From the NCBI GenBank assembly GCA_964416425.1, contig CAYQEC010000002.1:38701-102700 (forward strand): a stretch of DNA of 64,000 bases, given 5' to 3'. This stretch comes from an uncultured Acidimicrobiaceae bacterium (lineage in GTDB: Bacteria > Actinomycetota > Acidimicrobiia > Spongiisociales > UBA5794). Shown here piece by piece: positions 16,601 through 27,157 of the stretch. The stretch's first letter is position 1. Every line of letters starts with the position of its first letter. The notes under the pieces were generated by a model. The model was given only the letters and a program-made list of their open reading frames with translations. It was not told the DNA's origin and made no database searches. The translations under genes and the position numbers were made by a program.

Positions 16601-18292
16601 TCAGGCGAGGAGCTCGCGGCGGAGCAGGTCGAGGCCGACCGGTCCCACCTCGAGCAGGCCGGCGTGGAACCGTTTGGCGTCGAAGGCGGCGCCGTGCCGG
16701 GCCTGCAGCTCGTCCCGCAGCTCGAGGATCACCTTCTCGCCAACCTTGTACGAGATCGCCTGGGCCGGCCACCCCAGGTAGCGGACCACCTCGGATTCGG
16801 CGTAGGGCCGATCGAGCATGGCGGAGCGCTCCAGCAGCTCGACCGCGATCTCGAAAGTCCACTCCCCGCCGGGATGGAAGTCCTGGCCGCGGGGGATCGG
16901 GAGCTGGAGGTGGCTCCCGATGTCGACGACGACCCGGCAGGCGCGCAGCATCTGCGACGTCAACCAGCCGAAGACGTAGTCGGGCTCGTCGAAGAACCCC
17001 AGCTCGTCCATGAGCCGCTCGGCATACAGCGCCCACCCCTCACCGGAGCCGGCCTTCCACACCCAGAGCCGGTGGAGCCGCGACAGCCTGTCGGCCTGCG
17101 CCACCTGGGTGCCCACCTGGAGGTGATGGCCGGGGAACCCCTCGTGGTACGCCGTCGAGACCTCGTCGTAGAGGGGGTAGGGCCCGGAGGGGGCAAGTGA
17201 CCACCAGACGCTGCCCGGCCGGGTGAAGTCCTCCGACGGCCCGACGTAGTAGGCCCCGAGCGCCCCGCCGGGAGGGGCGATGTTGACGGTGACCCGCCGG
17301 ATCTGCCCCGGGACCTCGAAGTGGGTTCCGTCGAGGCGGTCGAGGGCGTCGTCGAGGCGTTGCTGCATGAGGGAGGCGAGCTCGACGGCGTCGGCCGCGG
17401 CCCGGGCCGGGTCCGACTTGAGCAGGGCCCGCGCCTCGCCGAGGCCGCCACCCGGCACGATCTCGGCGGCCACGGTCTCGAGCCGAGCTCCGATGCGGGC
17501 CATTTCGTCCCACCCCCAGGCGTAGGTGGCGGCGGGATCGATGGTGGTGCCGAGGAAACGGCGCGCCTCACGGACGAACCGACCTTCGCCGACGGCGTCG
17601 GTCGCAACGGCGTCGGGCGCGTAGACCTCGGCGAGATAGCGGCCGAATTCCCCGAAGGCGTGGCGGGCCCCGTCGGCGGCCTCCCGCAGCCGCCGGCCCA
17701 ACCCGGCCCCGCCCTGCGACCTGTCGTAGACGTCGACCAGCAGGCCCAGCCGGGTGCCCGGCGCCGCCGTCACCCGGCACTGCGCGACGGCCGCCTCCAC
17801 CTGGCGGCGGGCCACGACGAGGCGGTGGCGGCGCCCGCGTTCCAGCGAGGCCCGGTAGCCGTCGAGGGCGGCGGGGAGGCGCTCCAGTCGGATGGCGACG
17901 AGCTCCCACTGCCCGGGTGTCTCGGTGGCCATGTGGTCGAAGACCTCGGTGAAGTTCTGCAGCGGTGACGCGATCGAGTTGAGGTCCCGCAGGTGGTCGT
18001 CGTGGGCGAAGTGGGCCAGCTCCTCGTCGAGGGCATCCTTCGCCACCTCGATCGCGAGGCGGTCCCAGCGGTCCCCGGGCGGGGGCAGCGCCTCGAGGCG
18101 CCGTCGCCAGGAATGCAGCTCGGCGGCGGTGGCCTCGGCGCCGTCCGGGCTCAGGTCCGGCCAGCGGTCGTCGTGACCGGACACCCCGAGCATGGTGGCG
18201 GCACTGGGGAAGAGGCGAGCGAGGTCGTCGACGATGGCGTCGCTCAGCTCGAACACCGGATGGTTCTGCACGCGCTCCGTCTCCCGGTTCAC
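16601..18292 (-). CDS. DUF885 family protein
   Basis: Characteristic DUF885 segments (TAYHEGFPGHHLQ, GEGWALYAERLMDELGF). Confidence 0.8.
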   Translation of the reverse strand: MNRETERVQNHPVFELSDAIVDDLARLFPSAATMLGVSGHDDRWPDLSPDGAEATAAELHSWRRRLEALPPPGDRWDRLAIEVAKDALDEELAHFAHDDHLRDLNSIASPLQNFTEVFDHMATETPGQWELVAIRLERLPAALDGYRASLERGRRHRLVVARRQVEAAVAQCRVTAAPGTRLGLLVDVYDRSQGGAGLGRRLREAADGARHAFGEFGRYLAEVYAPDAVATDAVGEGRFVREARRFLGTTIDPAATYAWGWDEMARIGARLETVAAEIVPGGGLGEARALLKSDPARAAADAVELASLMQQRLDDALDRLDGTHFEVPGQIRRVTVNIAPPGGALGAYYVGPSEDFTRPGSVWWSLAPSGPYPLYDEVSTAYHEGFPGHHLQVGTQVAQADRLSRLHRLWVWKAGSGEGWALYAERLMDELGFFDEPDYVFGWLTSQMLRACRVVVDIGSHLQLPIPRGQDFHPGGEWTFEIAVELLERSAMLDRPYAESEVVRYLGWPAQAISYKVGEKVILELRDELQARHGAAFDAKRFHAGLLEVGPVGLDLLRRELLA

Positions 18293-18350
18293 AGGTTGCG
18301 GGAGACGAGGCTACCGCCGGCGGCGCCCCGCCGAGGCCAGCGGGTCGGCC

Positions 18351-19319
18351 TCAACGGGCTACGGCGGCGACGTCTTCGATGACACGCAAGTTCGCCAGGG
18401 CGTCGTCGAGCGGCGTCGGCACCGGCAGATCGTGCCGGATGGCCTCGGCGAAACGCTCCGCCTCCACCGTGTAGCTGTTGGCGACGGCCGATTCGAGGGT
18501 CTGCTCCCCGTCGGGGGTCACCACCCGGATCGTGGCCGGCCGGCTCGGATCGGGGGTGAAGGGAAGGTCGACGGTGATCGTCCCGGTGGCGCCGGTGAGG
18601 TGCACCCCCTGGTCGTGGGCGTGGTCGCCGCCGCAGAAGAACACCGATTCGCCTTCGGGGAAGCGCAGGATCCCGGCGGTGGCGATGTCGACGCCGTGGC
18701 CGTCGCGCCGGATGGCGCCGCCGACCACGGTCGGCTCCGTGCCGAAGAGGAAACGGGCGACACTGACGCAGTAGCAGCCGATGTCGAGCAGCACGCCGCC
18801 GCCCGCCTCCGGCACGTTGCGGTAGTCGTCCTCCGGCTGCGGCTCGTAGGTGAACCAGCTGTTCACCATCCGCAGCGGACCGATCCGCCCTGCCGCGATC
18901 AGGTTCCGCACCAGCTCCCACTGCGGATGGAACCGGTACATGAAGGCTTCCATCAGCTTGCCGCCGGTGCGTGCCGCCGCCGCGACCATCGTCTCCGCCT
19001 CGTCGACCCCGAGCGCCAGCGGCTTTTCGCACAGCACGTGCTTGCCGGCCTCGAGGGCCCGGATCGACCAGGGGGCGTGGAGGTGGTTGGGGAGCGGGAC
19101 GTAGACGGCGTCGACCTCGGGATCGGCCAGGAGGGCCTCGTAGGAGCCGTGGGCGCGGGCGATGCCGAGCCGGGTGGCCGCGGCGGCGGCCCGCTCGGCG
19201 GAGCGGGAGGCGATGGCGACGACCTCGCAGCCGTCGGCTTGCTGGATGGCCGGGATGACGGTCCCGGTGGCGATGTTCGCCACGCCGAGCACGCCCCAGC
19301 GGATGGTGTCGGTGGTCAT
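18351..19319 (-). CDS. Gfo/Idh/MocA family oxidoreductase
   Basis: Rossmann N-terminus IRWGVLGVANIATGTVIPAI, EKPLAL motif; ATG at 19319. Confidence 0.85.
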   Translation of the reverse strand: MTTDTIRWGVLGVANIATGTVIPAIQQADGCEVVAIASRSAERAAAAATRLGIARAHGSYEALLADPEVDAVYVPLPNHLHAPWSIRALEAGKHVLCEKPLALGVDEAETMVAAAARTGGKLMEAFMYRFHPQWELVRNLIAAGRIGPLRMVNSWFTYEPQPEDDYRNVPEAGGGVLLDIGCYCVSVARFLFGTEPTVVGGAIRRDGHGVDIATAGILRFPEGESVFFCGGDHAHDQGVHLTGATGTITVDLPFTPDPSRPATIRVVTPDGEQTLESAVANSYTVEAERFAEAIRHDLPVPTPLDDALANLRVIEDVAAVAR

Positions 19320-19374
19320 GCGGTCGATGCTAGAGGTGTCGCCCTCTGCCTGCTGGCGCCACTGCCCGGCCCGG

Positions 19375-19974
19375 TCAGCCCGCCTCGGTGCGGCGGCACA
19401 CCAGCTCCCCGGTGCCGATCGGCACGACGAGGGCGTCGACCCGGGCATCGGTCAGAGCCCGGTCCAGCATCGGCTGCAGGATCTCCCGGTGGTTGATGGC
19501 GTTGTCGGCGACGAGCAGGCCGCCGGGGACCAGGTGGGGGACGACCGCCTCGTAGCAGTCGTGATAGACGTCTTTCTCGGCATCCAGGAAGCAGAAACCC
19601 ACGTCCCCGATGGTGGCGAGGTGGCGGCGGGCGTCGTCCTCGACCAGGTCGACGAGATCATCCACCCCGGCCAACCGGAACGTCTCTCGGGCCATGGCCG
19701 CCTTCTCGGGGAGCACCTCGAAGGTGGTGATCCGGCGCTCCACCGCCCGGCAGGCCAGCGTCAGCCACAACGTCGAGTACCCGGCACTGGTGCCGATCTC
19801 GACGACGGCGCCGGCGGGAGCGGTCGCCAGCAGGATCGCCAGGAACCGGCCGGTCTCCGCCGGGATCTGGCGGAGTCGCTCCAGGCGGGGCGTGCCGTCC
19901 TGCCGGTCTCGGGTGTCGTGCCGCTCCAGATCCTCCATGCGGGCGAGGATCGGCGGCGGGATGGGGTGGAACAT
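19375..19974 (-). CDS. class I SAM-dependent O-methyltransferase (caffeoyl-CoA OMT family)
   Basis: [18 protein letters not shown] motif, [17 protein letters not shown]; ATG at 19974. Confidence 0.8.
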   Translation of the reverse strand: MFHPIPPPILARMEDLERHDTRDRQDGTPRLERLRQIPAETGRFLAILLATAPAGAVVEIGTSAGYSTLWLTLACRAVERRITTFEVLPEKAAMARETFRLAGVDDLVDLVEDDARRHLATIGDVGFCFLDAEKDVYHDCYEAVVPHLVPGGLLVADNAINHREILQPMLDRALTDARVDALVVPIGTGELVCRRTEAG

Positions 19975-20003
19975 GGGGCTCCTTCCGGGTTCGGCTCCGG
20001 ATG

Positions 20004-20957
20004 TCACGAACCGGCGTGTCCCCGGATCCGTGCCAGCACCTTGAGCGCCGTCGGCTCGTTGGGCTCCTCCACCAGTGCCAGGGTCAGCTCCTGGATGCCC
20101 TGCTCGTCGGCATCCTGCGCCAGGTGGACGAGGCCGCGGCCGACGTGGGCCATCGCCCGGATCTGGGAGGCCCGGCCGTCGTAGTCGAGGGCGCGGGCGA
20201 AGGCGGTCATCGCCTCGCCGTACCGTCCCGTCTCGGCCAGGGCCCGGCCCCGGTAGGTGAGGAGCAGGGCGGTCACGTCGTCGTCGTTGACGACCCCCTC
20301 GGTGAGGGCGATCACGGTGTCGTGCTCACCGGCGGCGAAGGCGATCTCGGCGTAGGACACCCGTACCCAGGTGGTCTGCTCCAGCGACGCCAGCAACGCC
20401 TCCGCCTCGTCGTGGCGGCCCCGGAGCTGGAGGAGCTCGGCGACGAGCAGGCCGAGGGACATCCGCATGAGGGGGAGATGGGCCACGATGGCGGGAGCGA
20501 TGGCGACGGTGAGGCCGGCATCCTGCAGGTAGGTGCGCACGAACCGGTGGTTCTGCACGTCCTCGTCGGCCCCGATCACGGCGGTGAGCAACTCGATGCC
20601 GCGGGGGAGCGCCGGCTCGAGCAGGAGCAGGCCGGCGACCGCCTGGCCCACGATGCGCTGGGTCGGGTGCTGTTCGGCGGCCGCCAGGATCTGCTCGGGG
20701 TCGCCGCCGGCGATGGCGGCCTGCATCGCCTTCTCCGCCGCCGAGGCCAGCATGCCGGGGGTGCGGCGGGCCACCAGAGCCGGGTACTCGTCCGGCTCGT
20801 CGAACTCCCATTCCAGGTCTCGCATTTCCCGGGCGGGCCGGGTGGGGCGCCAGCCGAAGTCGCTGCCGGCGGCGTCGTACCAGCTCGATCGATCCCGGAA
20901 CAGGATGGGTGCGATCCCCAACGGACGGCGGCGGGGAGATCCGAAGACGAAGCGCAT
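20004..20957 (-). CDS. hypothetical protein with TPR-like helical repeats
   Basis: SD GGAGG 6 nt upstream of ATG 20957; alpha-helical Ala/Leu-rich repeats ([26 protein letters not shown]). Confidence 0.55.
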   Translation of the reverse strand: MRFVFGSPRRRPLGIAPILFRDRSSWYDAAGSDFGWRPTRPAREMRDLEWEFDEPDEYPALVARRTPGMLASAAEKAMQAAIAGGDPEQILAAAEQHPTQRIVGQAVAGLLLLEPALPRGIELLTAVIGADEDVQNHRFVRTYLQDAGLTVAIAPAIVAHLPLMRMSLGLLVAELLQLRGRHDEAEALLASLEQTTWVRVSYAEIAFAAGEHDTVIALTEGVVNDDDVTALLLTYRGRALAETGRYGEAMTAFARALDYDGRASQIRAMAHVGRGLVHLAQDADEQGIQELTLALVEEPNEPTALKVLARIRGHAGS

Positions 20958-21039
20958 GGTGACCTCCTGATCGTGAGACCGTCGGCGCGCATGCCATCCG
21001 GTACTATCGCCGAATCGACGGCTCTGGAGGTGGATCGAC

Positions 21040-22041
21040 ATGGATTCCTTTTCGCGCGGGTTGCCGAAGGCGGAGCTCCACCTCCACATCGAGGGTACTC
21101 TCGAACCCGAGCTGCTCTTCGAGCTGGCCGGCCGCAACGCGGTTCCTCTCGCCTACCCATCGGTGGAGGCGCTTCGTGCCGCCTATCGATTCGGCGACCT
21201 GCAGGACTTCCTCGACCTCTACTACCAGGGCGCCGCCGTGCTGCAGACCGAGACCGACTTCTACGAGGTGACGTGGGCCTACCTGGAGCGGGCGCAGGCC
21301 GACGGGGTGCGGCGAGCCGAGGTGTTCTTCGATCCACAGACCCACATCGATCGCGGGGTCCCGTTCGAAGCGGTCATCGGTGGCATCAGCGCCGCCCTGG
21401 CCGACGGGGAGCGCCGCCTTGATCTCTCCACCGGTCTCATCATGTGCTTCCTCCGCCATCTCTCGGCCGAAGCGGCGATGGCGACCCTCGAGCAGGGGCT
21501 GGCTCACCGCGACCTTCTGCTCGGGGTGGGCCTGGACTCCTCAGAGGTCGGGAACCCGCCGTCACGGTTCGCCGACGTCTTCGCCCGAGCCGAGGCGGAG
21601 GGCCTGCACCGAGTCGCCCACGCCGGGGAGGAAGGGCCCCCGGCCTACGTGTGGCAGGCTCTCGACCTACTCCACGCCGAGCGTATCGACCATGGGGTGC
21701 GGGCCCTGGAGGACGACCGTCTGGTGGAGCGGCTGCGTCGGGATCGCATCCCGCTCACCATGTGCCCCCTCTCCAACGTGAAGCTGGGCGTCTTCGGTAC
21801 GCTCGAGGAGCACAACCTGAAGCGGGCGCTCGACGCCCGGCTCTGCGTCACCATCAACTCCGACGACCCGGCCTACTTCGGAGGGTACGTGGGCGACAAC
21901 TACCTGGCGGCCCAGGAGGCGTTGGGCCTCACTCCTGAGGAACTGGTCACCATCGCCGCCAATTCGATCGAAGCCAGCTTTCTCGATGCCGGGGCCAAGC
22001 AGCGACTCGCTGCCGAGCTTGCGGCCTACGCCGCCGGCTGA
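21040..22041 (+). CDS. add: adenosine deaminase
   Basis: [25 protein letters not shown]-type motif ([11 protein letters not shown]); SD GGAGGTG before the ATG. Confidence 0.9.
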   Translation: MDSFSRGLPKAELHLHIEGTLEPELLFELAGRNAVPLAYPSVEALRAAYRFGDLQDFLDLYYQGAAVLQTETDFYEVTWAYLERAQADGVRRAEVFFDPQTHIDRGVPFEAVIGGISAALADGERRLDLSTGLIMCFLRHLSAEAAMATLEQGLAHRDLLLGVGLDSSEVGNPPSRFADVFARAEAEGLHRVAHAGEEGPPAYVWQALDLLHAERIDHGVRALEDDRLVERLRRDRIPLTMCPLSNVKLGVFGTLEEHNLKRALDARLCVTINSDDPAYFGGYVGDNYLAAQEALGLTPEELVTIAANSIEASFLDAGAKQRLAAELAAYAAG

Positions 22042-22077
22042 GATCACGCCGCCGAGCCGGCGGCGCCGTGAGCGCCG

Positions 22078-22293
22078 TCAGGACACGGTGCCGGCCATCG
22101 TCTCCTGTTCTGCCGGCATCCGCCCGAGCGGTGTGCCCTGTCGAATCGCTTCCCGGGCGGCACCGGTGGGGATGGCGAGGGCCCCGAGAACCACGATGAC
22201 GTAGAACGATCCGAGGAAGAGGTCCCCGTTCTCGTAGTCGAGGCCGTACATGGCGATCGGTCCGCCGACGACGACATCGACAAGGGCGACCAC
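22078..22293 (-). CDS. small hypothetical membrane protein (about 71 aa, 2 TM helices); start uncertain
   Basis: Hydrophobic VVALVDVVVGGPIAMYGL and FYVIVVLGALAIP segments; no family recognised. Confidence 0.3.
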   Translation of the reverse strand: MVALVDVVVGGPIAMYGLDYENGDLFLGSFYVIVVLGALAIPTGAAREAIRQGTPLGRMPAEQETMAGTVS

Positions 22294-22576
22294 GGGCTTC
22301 CGCCCACCGTCGCCACCCGCATGCGGGACTGGCGGGAGGCGACCTGCCGTCGGACCGTGCGGGACATGTTGGACGCGTTCGACGAACGTCGCCGCTCGGC
22401 GCCGCCTCCCGGGTGACGTCGCCGCGACGCGCGGCATGGCCGGCCTCGCCGCTCTTCGGCTCGAAGACCCTTCCCCAAGCCGGCACCGCTGTGCGATGCT
22501 GCGAGGTGGCATTGGCCGCCGCTTGTACGAAGTGTAAAGATGGTGGTCGTCACCCCACTCATCGCGAGGGCAGACC

Positions 22577-23782
22577 GTGAGAATCCTCCTGGCCGACACA
22601 TTCCCCGAAACGCACCGCGAGCGTCTCGAGCAGATGGGACACACCGTCACCTATTTGCCGGACCTCACCGGAGACACCCTTCCCGCCGAGCTGAACGGGC
22701 ACGATGTCCTCGTCGTCCGCAGCACCCGGGTGACCGCCAAGGCGGTCGAAGCAACCCAGACCCTCACCCTGATCATCCGGGCCGGGGCGGGGACCAACAC
22801 GATCGACGTCGCGGCGGCCGCCGACCGCGGCATCTTCGTGTGCAACACCCCGGGCCGCAACGCCGTCGCCGTCGCCGAGCTGACCATGGGGCTGCTCACC
22901 GCCATCGACCGCAGCATCGCCGACAACGTGCACGATCTCCGCGCCGGCAAGTGGAACAAGGCCCGCTACGGCAAGGCACGGGGACTGGCCGGCCGTTCCA
23001 TCGGCATCGTCGGGGTCGGCCGGATCGGCCTCGCCGTGGCGGAGCGGGCCAAGGCCTTCGCCATGGAGCTGGTCGTCATCGAGCGTCCCGGCCGCAACGC
23101 CGACATCCAGGCCCGACTCGACGCCCTCGGGGTCCACTACGTCCCCGATCTCGTCCGGCTGGCGGAGACGTGCGACGTGCTGACCTTCCACGTGCCCGCC
23201 GACGACAGCACCGAGCACCTCGTCTCCCGGGACCTGCTCCAGCACGTCAAACCCGGCGCCATCATCATCAACACCTCCCGGGGGAGCGTGGTCGACGAGG
23301 CGGCGCTCATCGAGGCGATGGACGCCAAGGGGATCAGGGCGGGCCTCGACGTCTACGCCGGCGAGCCGCAGACCGGCGAAGCCGAGTTCGATTCGGCGAT
23401 CGCCCGCCACCCCAACGTTTACGGCACCCACCACATCGGCGCCTCGACCGAGCAGGCCCAGGAAGCGATCGCCGACGCCGTGATCGGGATCATCGATGCC
23501 TTCGAGGACGGGTCGGTGCCGAACTGCGTCAACCTGCTCCCCACCGGTTACGGCATGACGTCGCTCACCATCCGCCACCACAACCGGGTCGGGGTGCTGG
23601 CCCGAGTCCTCGGGATCCTGCGGGAAGCGGACCTCAACGTCGAGCACATGGAGAACTCGGTGTTCGCCGGCGGGCGGGCCGCCTCGGTCGTGATGCGGGT
23701 CGCCGGTGACGTCGAGAAGGAGGTCGTGTGGGCGATCGAGGCGCTGGGTGACGTCATCGCGGTATCGACCGGCGATCACTGA
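22577..23782 (+). CDS. serA: D-3-phosphoglycerate dehydrogenase-like 2-hydroxyacid dehydrogenase with C-terminal ACT domain
   Basis: NAD-binding GIVGVGRIGLAVAERAK, catalytic His region, C-terminal ACT (TSLTIRHHNRVGVLARVLGILREADLNVE); GTG 22577 with SD GAGGG. Confidence 0.8.
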   Translation: MRILLADTFPETHRERLEQMGHTVTYLPDLTGDTLPAELNGHDVLVVRSTRVTAKAVEATQTLTLIIRAGAGTNTIDVAAAADRGIFVCNTPGRNAVAVAELTMGLLTAIDRSIADNVHDLRAGKWNKARYGKARGLAGRSIGIVGVGRIGLAVAERAKAFAMELVVIERPGRNADIQARLDALGVHYVPDLVRLAETCDVLTFHVPADDSTEHLVSRDLLQHVKPGAIIINTSRGSVVDEAALIEAMDAKGIRAGLDVYAGEPQTGEAEFDSAIARHPNVYGTHHIGASTEQAQEAIADAVIGIIDAFEDGSVPNCVNLLPTGYGMTSLTIRHHNRVGVLARVLGILREADLNVEHMENSVFAGGRAASVVMRVAGDVEKEVVWAIEALGDVIAVSTGDH

Positions 23783-23791
23783 GATGGGGAC

Positions 23792-25027
23792 ATGGGGCCA
23801 CTGATCCGTCCATTCCGCGCGTACCTGCCGCGACCCGAACTGGCCGCCCAGGTGGCAACGCCGCCGGTATCCCGGGTCCCGGAGGGGCACTGGGAGCGTC
23901 TCGAGGCGGAGAACCCCTACAGTTTCCAGCACGTCATGCGCGACACCATCCGCACTGCCGGCGAGGGGTTCGTCCCCGCGGCGGTCGTCGGAGGCCGAGC
24001 CCGTCTCGATGCCATGATCCGTGACGGCGTCTACCGGTGGAGGGACACCCCGGCGTTCTACGTCTACCGGCTGTCGGACGGCGTCCAGGGACGCACCGGC
24101 GTCGTGGCGGAGGTCGCGGTCTCCGCCTACGACGAGGGTCGGATCCGGCGCCACGAGTACACCACCCGCGCCACCGAGGAGCGGCTGGCGCGCCACATCG
24201 CCGAGCTACGAGCCGACTCCTATCCGGTGGCGCTCGCCTACCGGACCGACGTCGGGGCCGCCGCGGTGACCGCACAGGTCTGTTCCCGCGAGCCGCTCAT
24301 CGACTTCGTGGCCGATCGGCTCCGGCAGACGATCTGGGTGGTGGACGACCCGGAGGAGGTGCGCCGGCTGGAGGACGCCCTCGCTTCGATCGACACCCTC
24401 TACATCACCGACGGCCACCACCGCTGCGCGGCGGCGGCTCGCTACGCCCACGAGGAGGCGGCCGCCCACCCCGACCACACCGGCAGCGAGTCCTACAACT
24501 ACCTCCTGGCGGTGCTCTTCCCCGAGGCCCAGCTCCGGATCATGGAGTACAACCGCTGCATCCGGGACCTCAACGGTCTCGCTCCGGCCGAGTTCCTGGC
24601 ACGGGTCGGCGAAGTCGTCACCGTCGAGGAGCTGCCGTCCGGCGATCCCGAAGCGGCCCGTCCCCTCCGGGCCGGCGTGTTCGGCATGGCGATGGGGGAC
24701 CGATGGTTCCGGCTCACCGTGCCGCCGGAGCGGGTTCCCGACGACGTATACGGCAGGTTGGACGCGGTGCTGCTCCAGGAGCTGGTCCTCGATCCGATCC
24801 TCGGCGTCGGCGATCCCCGCTCCGACCCTCGCATCGACTACGTCCCGGGCTCGCGGGGCCTCGACGAGCTCCAGCACCGCGACGGCTGCGCGGTGTGCTT
24901 CGCCATTCACCCGGTGAGCATGGACGACGTGGAGGCGGTCGCCGACCGGGGCATGGTGATGCCGCCCAAGTCGACCTGGTTTCTTCCCAAGGTCGGCAGC
25001 GGCCTCATCGTGCGGATGCTCGACTGA
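23792..25027 (+). CDS. DUF1015 domain-containing protein
   Basis: DUF1015 hallmark segments (YITDGHHRCAAAARYAHE, SRGLDELQ). Confidence 0.8.
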   Translation: MGPLIRPFRAYLPRPELAAQVATPPVSRVPEGHWERLEAENPYSFQHVMRDTIRTAGEGFVPAAVVGGRARLDAMIRDGVYRWRDTPAFYVYRLSDGVQGRTGVVAEVAVSAYDEGRIRRHEYTTRATEERLARHIAELRADSYPVALAYRTDVGAAAVTAQVCSREPLIDFVADRLRQTIWVVDDPEEVRRLEDALASIDTLYITDGHHRCAAAARYAHEEAAAHPDHTGSESYNYLLAVLFPEAQLRIMEYNRCIRDLNGLAPAEFLARVGEVVTVEELPSGDPEAARPLRAGVFGMAMGDRWFRLTVPPERVPDDVYGRLDAVLLQELVLDPILGVGDPRSDPRIDYVPGSRGLDELQHRDGCAVCFAIHPVSMDDVEAVADRGMVMPPKSTWFLPKVGSGLIVRMLD

Positions 25028-25073
25028 GGGCGCCGGTAGGCTGCGGCGGCAACCAGAATCCGGCGCCGAGACG

Positions 25074-25775
25074 GTGGGGTGGCAGAACGTGAAGCTGAGC
25101 TGTGACGCCGTCGTGTTCGATTCCGACGGCGTGCTGGTCGATTCCGTGGCGGCGGTGGAGGAAGCCTGGCGCCAGCTCTGTGCCGAGTTCGCTCTCGACA
25201 CCGCCGAGGTGATGGCGGTGATGCACGGGGTCCGGGCCGAGGACACCCTTGGTCCCCGGCTGGCACCGGAGCAGGCCGCGGCCGCGGTGGCCCGTCTCGC
25301 CGACCTCGAGCAGGCGCGGGCACCCGGGGTGCGGGCCGTGCCGGGCGCCGCCGAACTGATCGCCGCCCTCCCGGACGGTCGTTGGGGGGTGGTCACCTCG
25401 GGATCCCGACGGCTGGCGACCGCCCGTCTCGCCGCGGCCGGCATCGCCGATCCGCCGGTGCTGGTCACTGCCGACGACGTCGCCCGCGGCAAGCCGCATC
25501 CCGATCCGTACCTGGCGGCGGCGGAGGCGCTCGGGGTTGCCGGGTCGGCGATGGTGGTCTTCGAGGACTCCCCGAGCGGCGCCGCCGCGGCCCGCTCGAT
25601 CGGAGCGGTGGTGGTGGCGGTGGCGACCACCCACCCTCCCGGTTCCTTCGAGGCGGCCGCCACCGTCGATGACCTCCGGGCCGTGTCGATCACAGGCAAC
25701 GGCCGCCTCACCGTATCGCTCACGGTTGCCGGGTCCGGCGAGGACGCCCCCGACGTCGTCACCCGCTCCCGGTAG
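25074..25775 (+). CDS. HAD-IA family hydrolase (possible phosphatase of the serA neighbourhood)
   Basis: Motif I VVFDSDGVLVDS, motif II VVTSGS, motif III K, motif IV FEDSPSG. Confidence 0.75.
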   Translation: MGWQNVKLSCDAVVFDSDGVLVDSVAAVEEAWRQLCAEFALDTAEVMAVMHGVRAEDTLGPRLAPEQAAAAVARLADLEQARAPGVRAVPGAAELIAALPDGRWGVVTSGSRRLATARLAAAGIADPPVLVTADDVARGKPHPDPYLAAAEALGVAGSAMVVFEDSPSGAAAARSIGAVVVAVATTHPPGSFEAAATVDDLRAVSITGNGRLTVSLTVAGSGEDAPDVVTRSR

Positions 25776-25784
25776 CATCGGGTC

Positions 25785-26363
25785 ATGGCCATCGACATCG
25801 CCGGCTTCATCACCTACCTGAAGGACCACGCCGTCGAGCACGGCTTCCACGTCCACGACGAGCGTCACTTCATCGAGACCTACTCGCTCCGCCAGGCGTG
25901 GGAGGTCGACATGCACCCCGATTTCGCCTGTGACGGGCCGCTCGATCTCAACGTCGCCTTCGACGTCGAGCCGCGGGTGGTGCTCAGCCTCGAGGACCAG
26001 ATGGTCGAGATGGGCAACGACTACGAGGAGCCCGAGGGCGACTACCGGCTGCCGCTGCTGTTCAACTGGGCGCTGCCGCCGCTGGCGGCCCCACCGGAGC
26101 TGGTGATGCTGGCCGCCGAGCTGGCCGGCATCGGGGGGATGGAGCTCCCCATCGAGGTCTCCAGCGTCGAGTCGACCGGCGCCCTTGCCACCGTGGCCGA
26201 GCGCCGGCTCTCCATCGTGGGCCGCCGGGAGCTGTCCCTGGTCGACGTGATGATGGGCCGTGAGCAGCTCTGCGAGACGCTGGAGCGCTGCCGGGCCGTC
26301 AGCGAGTACCTCATCGACCACACCGCGGACTGGAAGCCGATCGACCGGCCCCTCAACGACTGA
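25785..26363 (+). CDS. hypothetical protein (192 aa, acidic)
   Basis: Gene-like codon bias (high GC3); no family recognised. Confidence 0.55.
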   Translation: MAIDIAGFITYLKDHAVEHGFHVHDERHFIETYSLRQAWEVDMHPDFACDGPLDLNVAFDVEPRVVLSLEDQMVEMGNDYEEPEGDYRLPLLFNWALPPLAAPPELVMLAAELAGIGGMELPIEVSSVESTGALATVAERRLSIVGRRELSLVDVMMGREQLCETLERCRAVSEYLIDHTADWKPIDRPLND

Positions 26364-26381
26364 GGTGCCGCCACGCTCCGC

Positions 26382-27113
26382 TCAGGTGGCGCCGATGGCG
26401 TGTTCCCGCAGCCGCCGGTAGCAGTCCCGGCACTCGGCCAGCAACGCCTCTAGTCCGGGCGGCAGCGGGGCATGCCCGATCCGGGGCGGTTCGAAGCCGG
26501 TGGTGCGATGGACCCGCCGGTACCAGTCGGGCGCCCAGATGCCGTCCTCGGGCTTGGGCCCGGCCGGCCACGACAGCATCGCCGGCTCGAACGGGAGATC
26601 GAGGCGAGCGCACAGTTCCCGGAGCACGGCCTCGGGACGGGTGAGCAGCTCCCGGGAGTCGACCACGATCGGGATCCCGCCGGCGGCGAGGATGCGGTCC
26701 AGGATCCGCAGCTGCACTTCGAACCCGGCGTCGACCATGGTGGGAGCACGGCCGAGGCCGGCTGCCAGCGACGGCAGCACATCCCGCGGGTCGCGGATGA
26801 GGAGGAGGCTCTCCATCCGGTCGACGATGTCCCAGTCGAAGCCGAGCAGGTGATGCGCCATGTTCTTGTAGAACCGGATCGGGGTCGGGGCGGAACCGAA
26901 GAGCATCTGGTGGACGATGGCGTCCCGGTCGGTGGGCACCGCCGCCAGGATGCGGTCCCGGCCCGGGTGGTCCGCCCCCGAGACGACGAGGTAGTGGCCG
27001 TACATCGGCTCGTCCCACACCGTCGTGTCGGAGCGTTGCCGCCACGAGTACATCATGGCGGTCGAGACGTTGCGGGGCCCCGACCACATGTTGATGATGC
27101 GCCGCTCGTCCAT
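26382..27113 (-). CDS. sulfotransferase-family protein (Stf0-like)
   Basis: N-terminal PAPS-binding-like IINMWSGPRNVST and overall resemblance to small bacterial sulfotransferases. Confidence 0.55.
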   Translation of the reverse strand: MDERRIINMWSGPRNVSTAMMYSWRQRSDTTVWDEPMYGHYLVVSGADHPGRDRILAAVPTDRDAIVHQMLFGSAPTPIRFYKNMAHHLLGFDWDIVDRMESLLLIRDPRDVLPSLAAGLGRAPTMVDAGFEVQLRILDRILAAGGIPIVVDSRELLTRPEAVLRELCARLDLPFEPAMLSWPAGPKPEDGIWAPDWYRRVHRTTGFEPPRIGHAPLPPGLEALLAECRDCYRRLREHAIGAT

Positions 27114-27157
27114 CGTCGGAGCCCTCCGTCCGTTCGGTCGCGACCCTACCTGGAGGG

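Noticed and set aside
14865-16781. 638-aa + strand ORF
   Set aside because: Antisense to the PLP-dependent aminotransferase; Gly/Asp/Arg-rich low complexity
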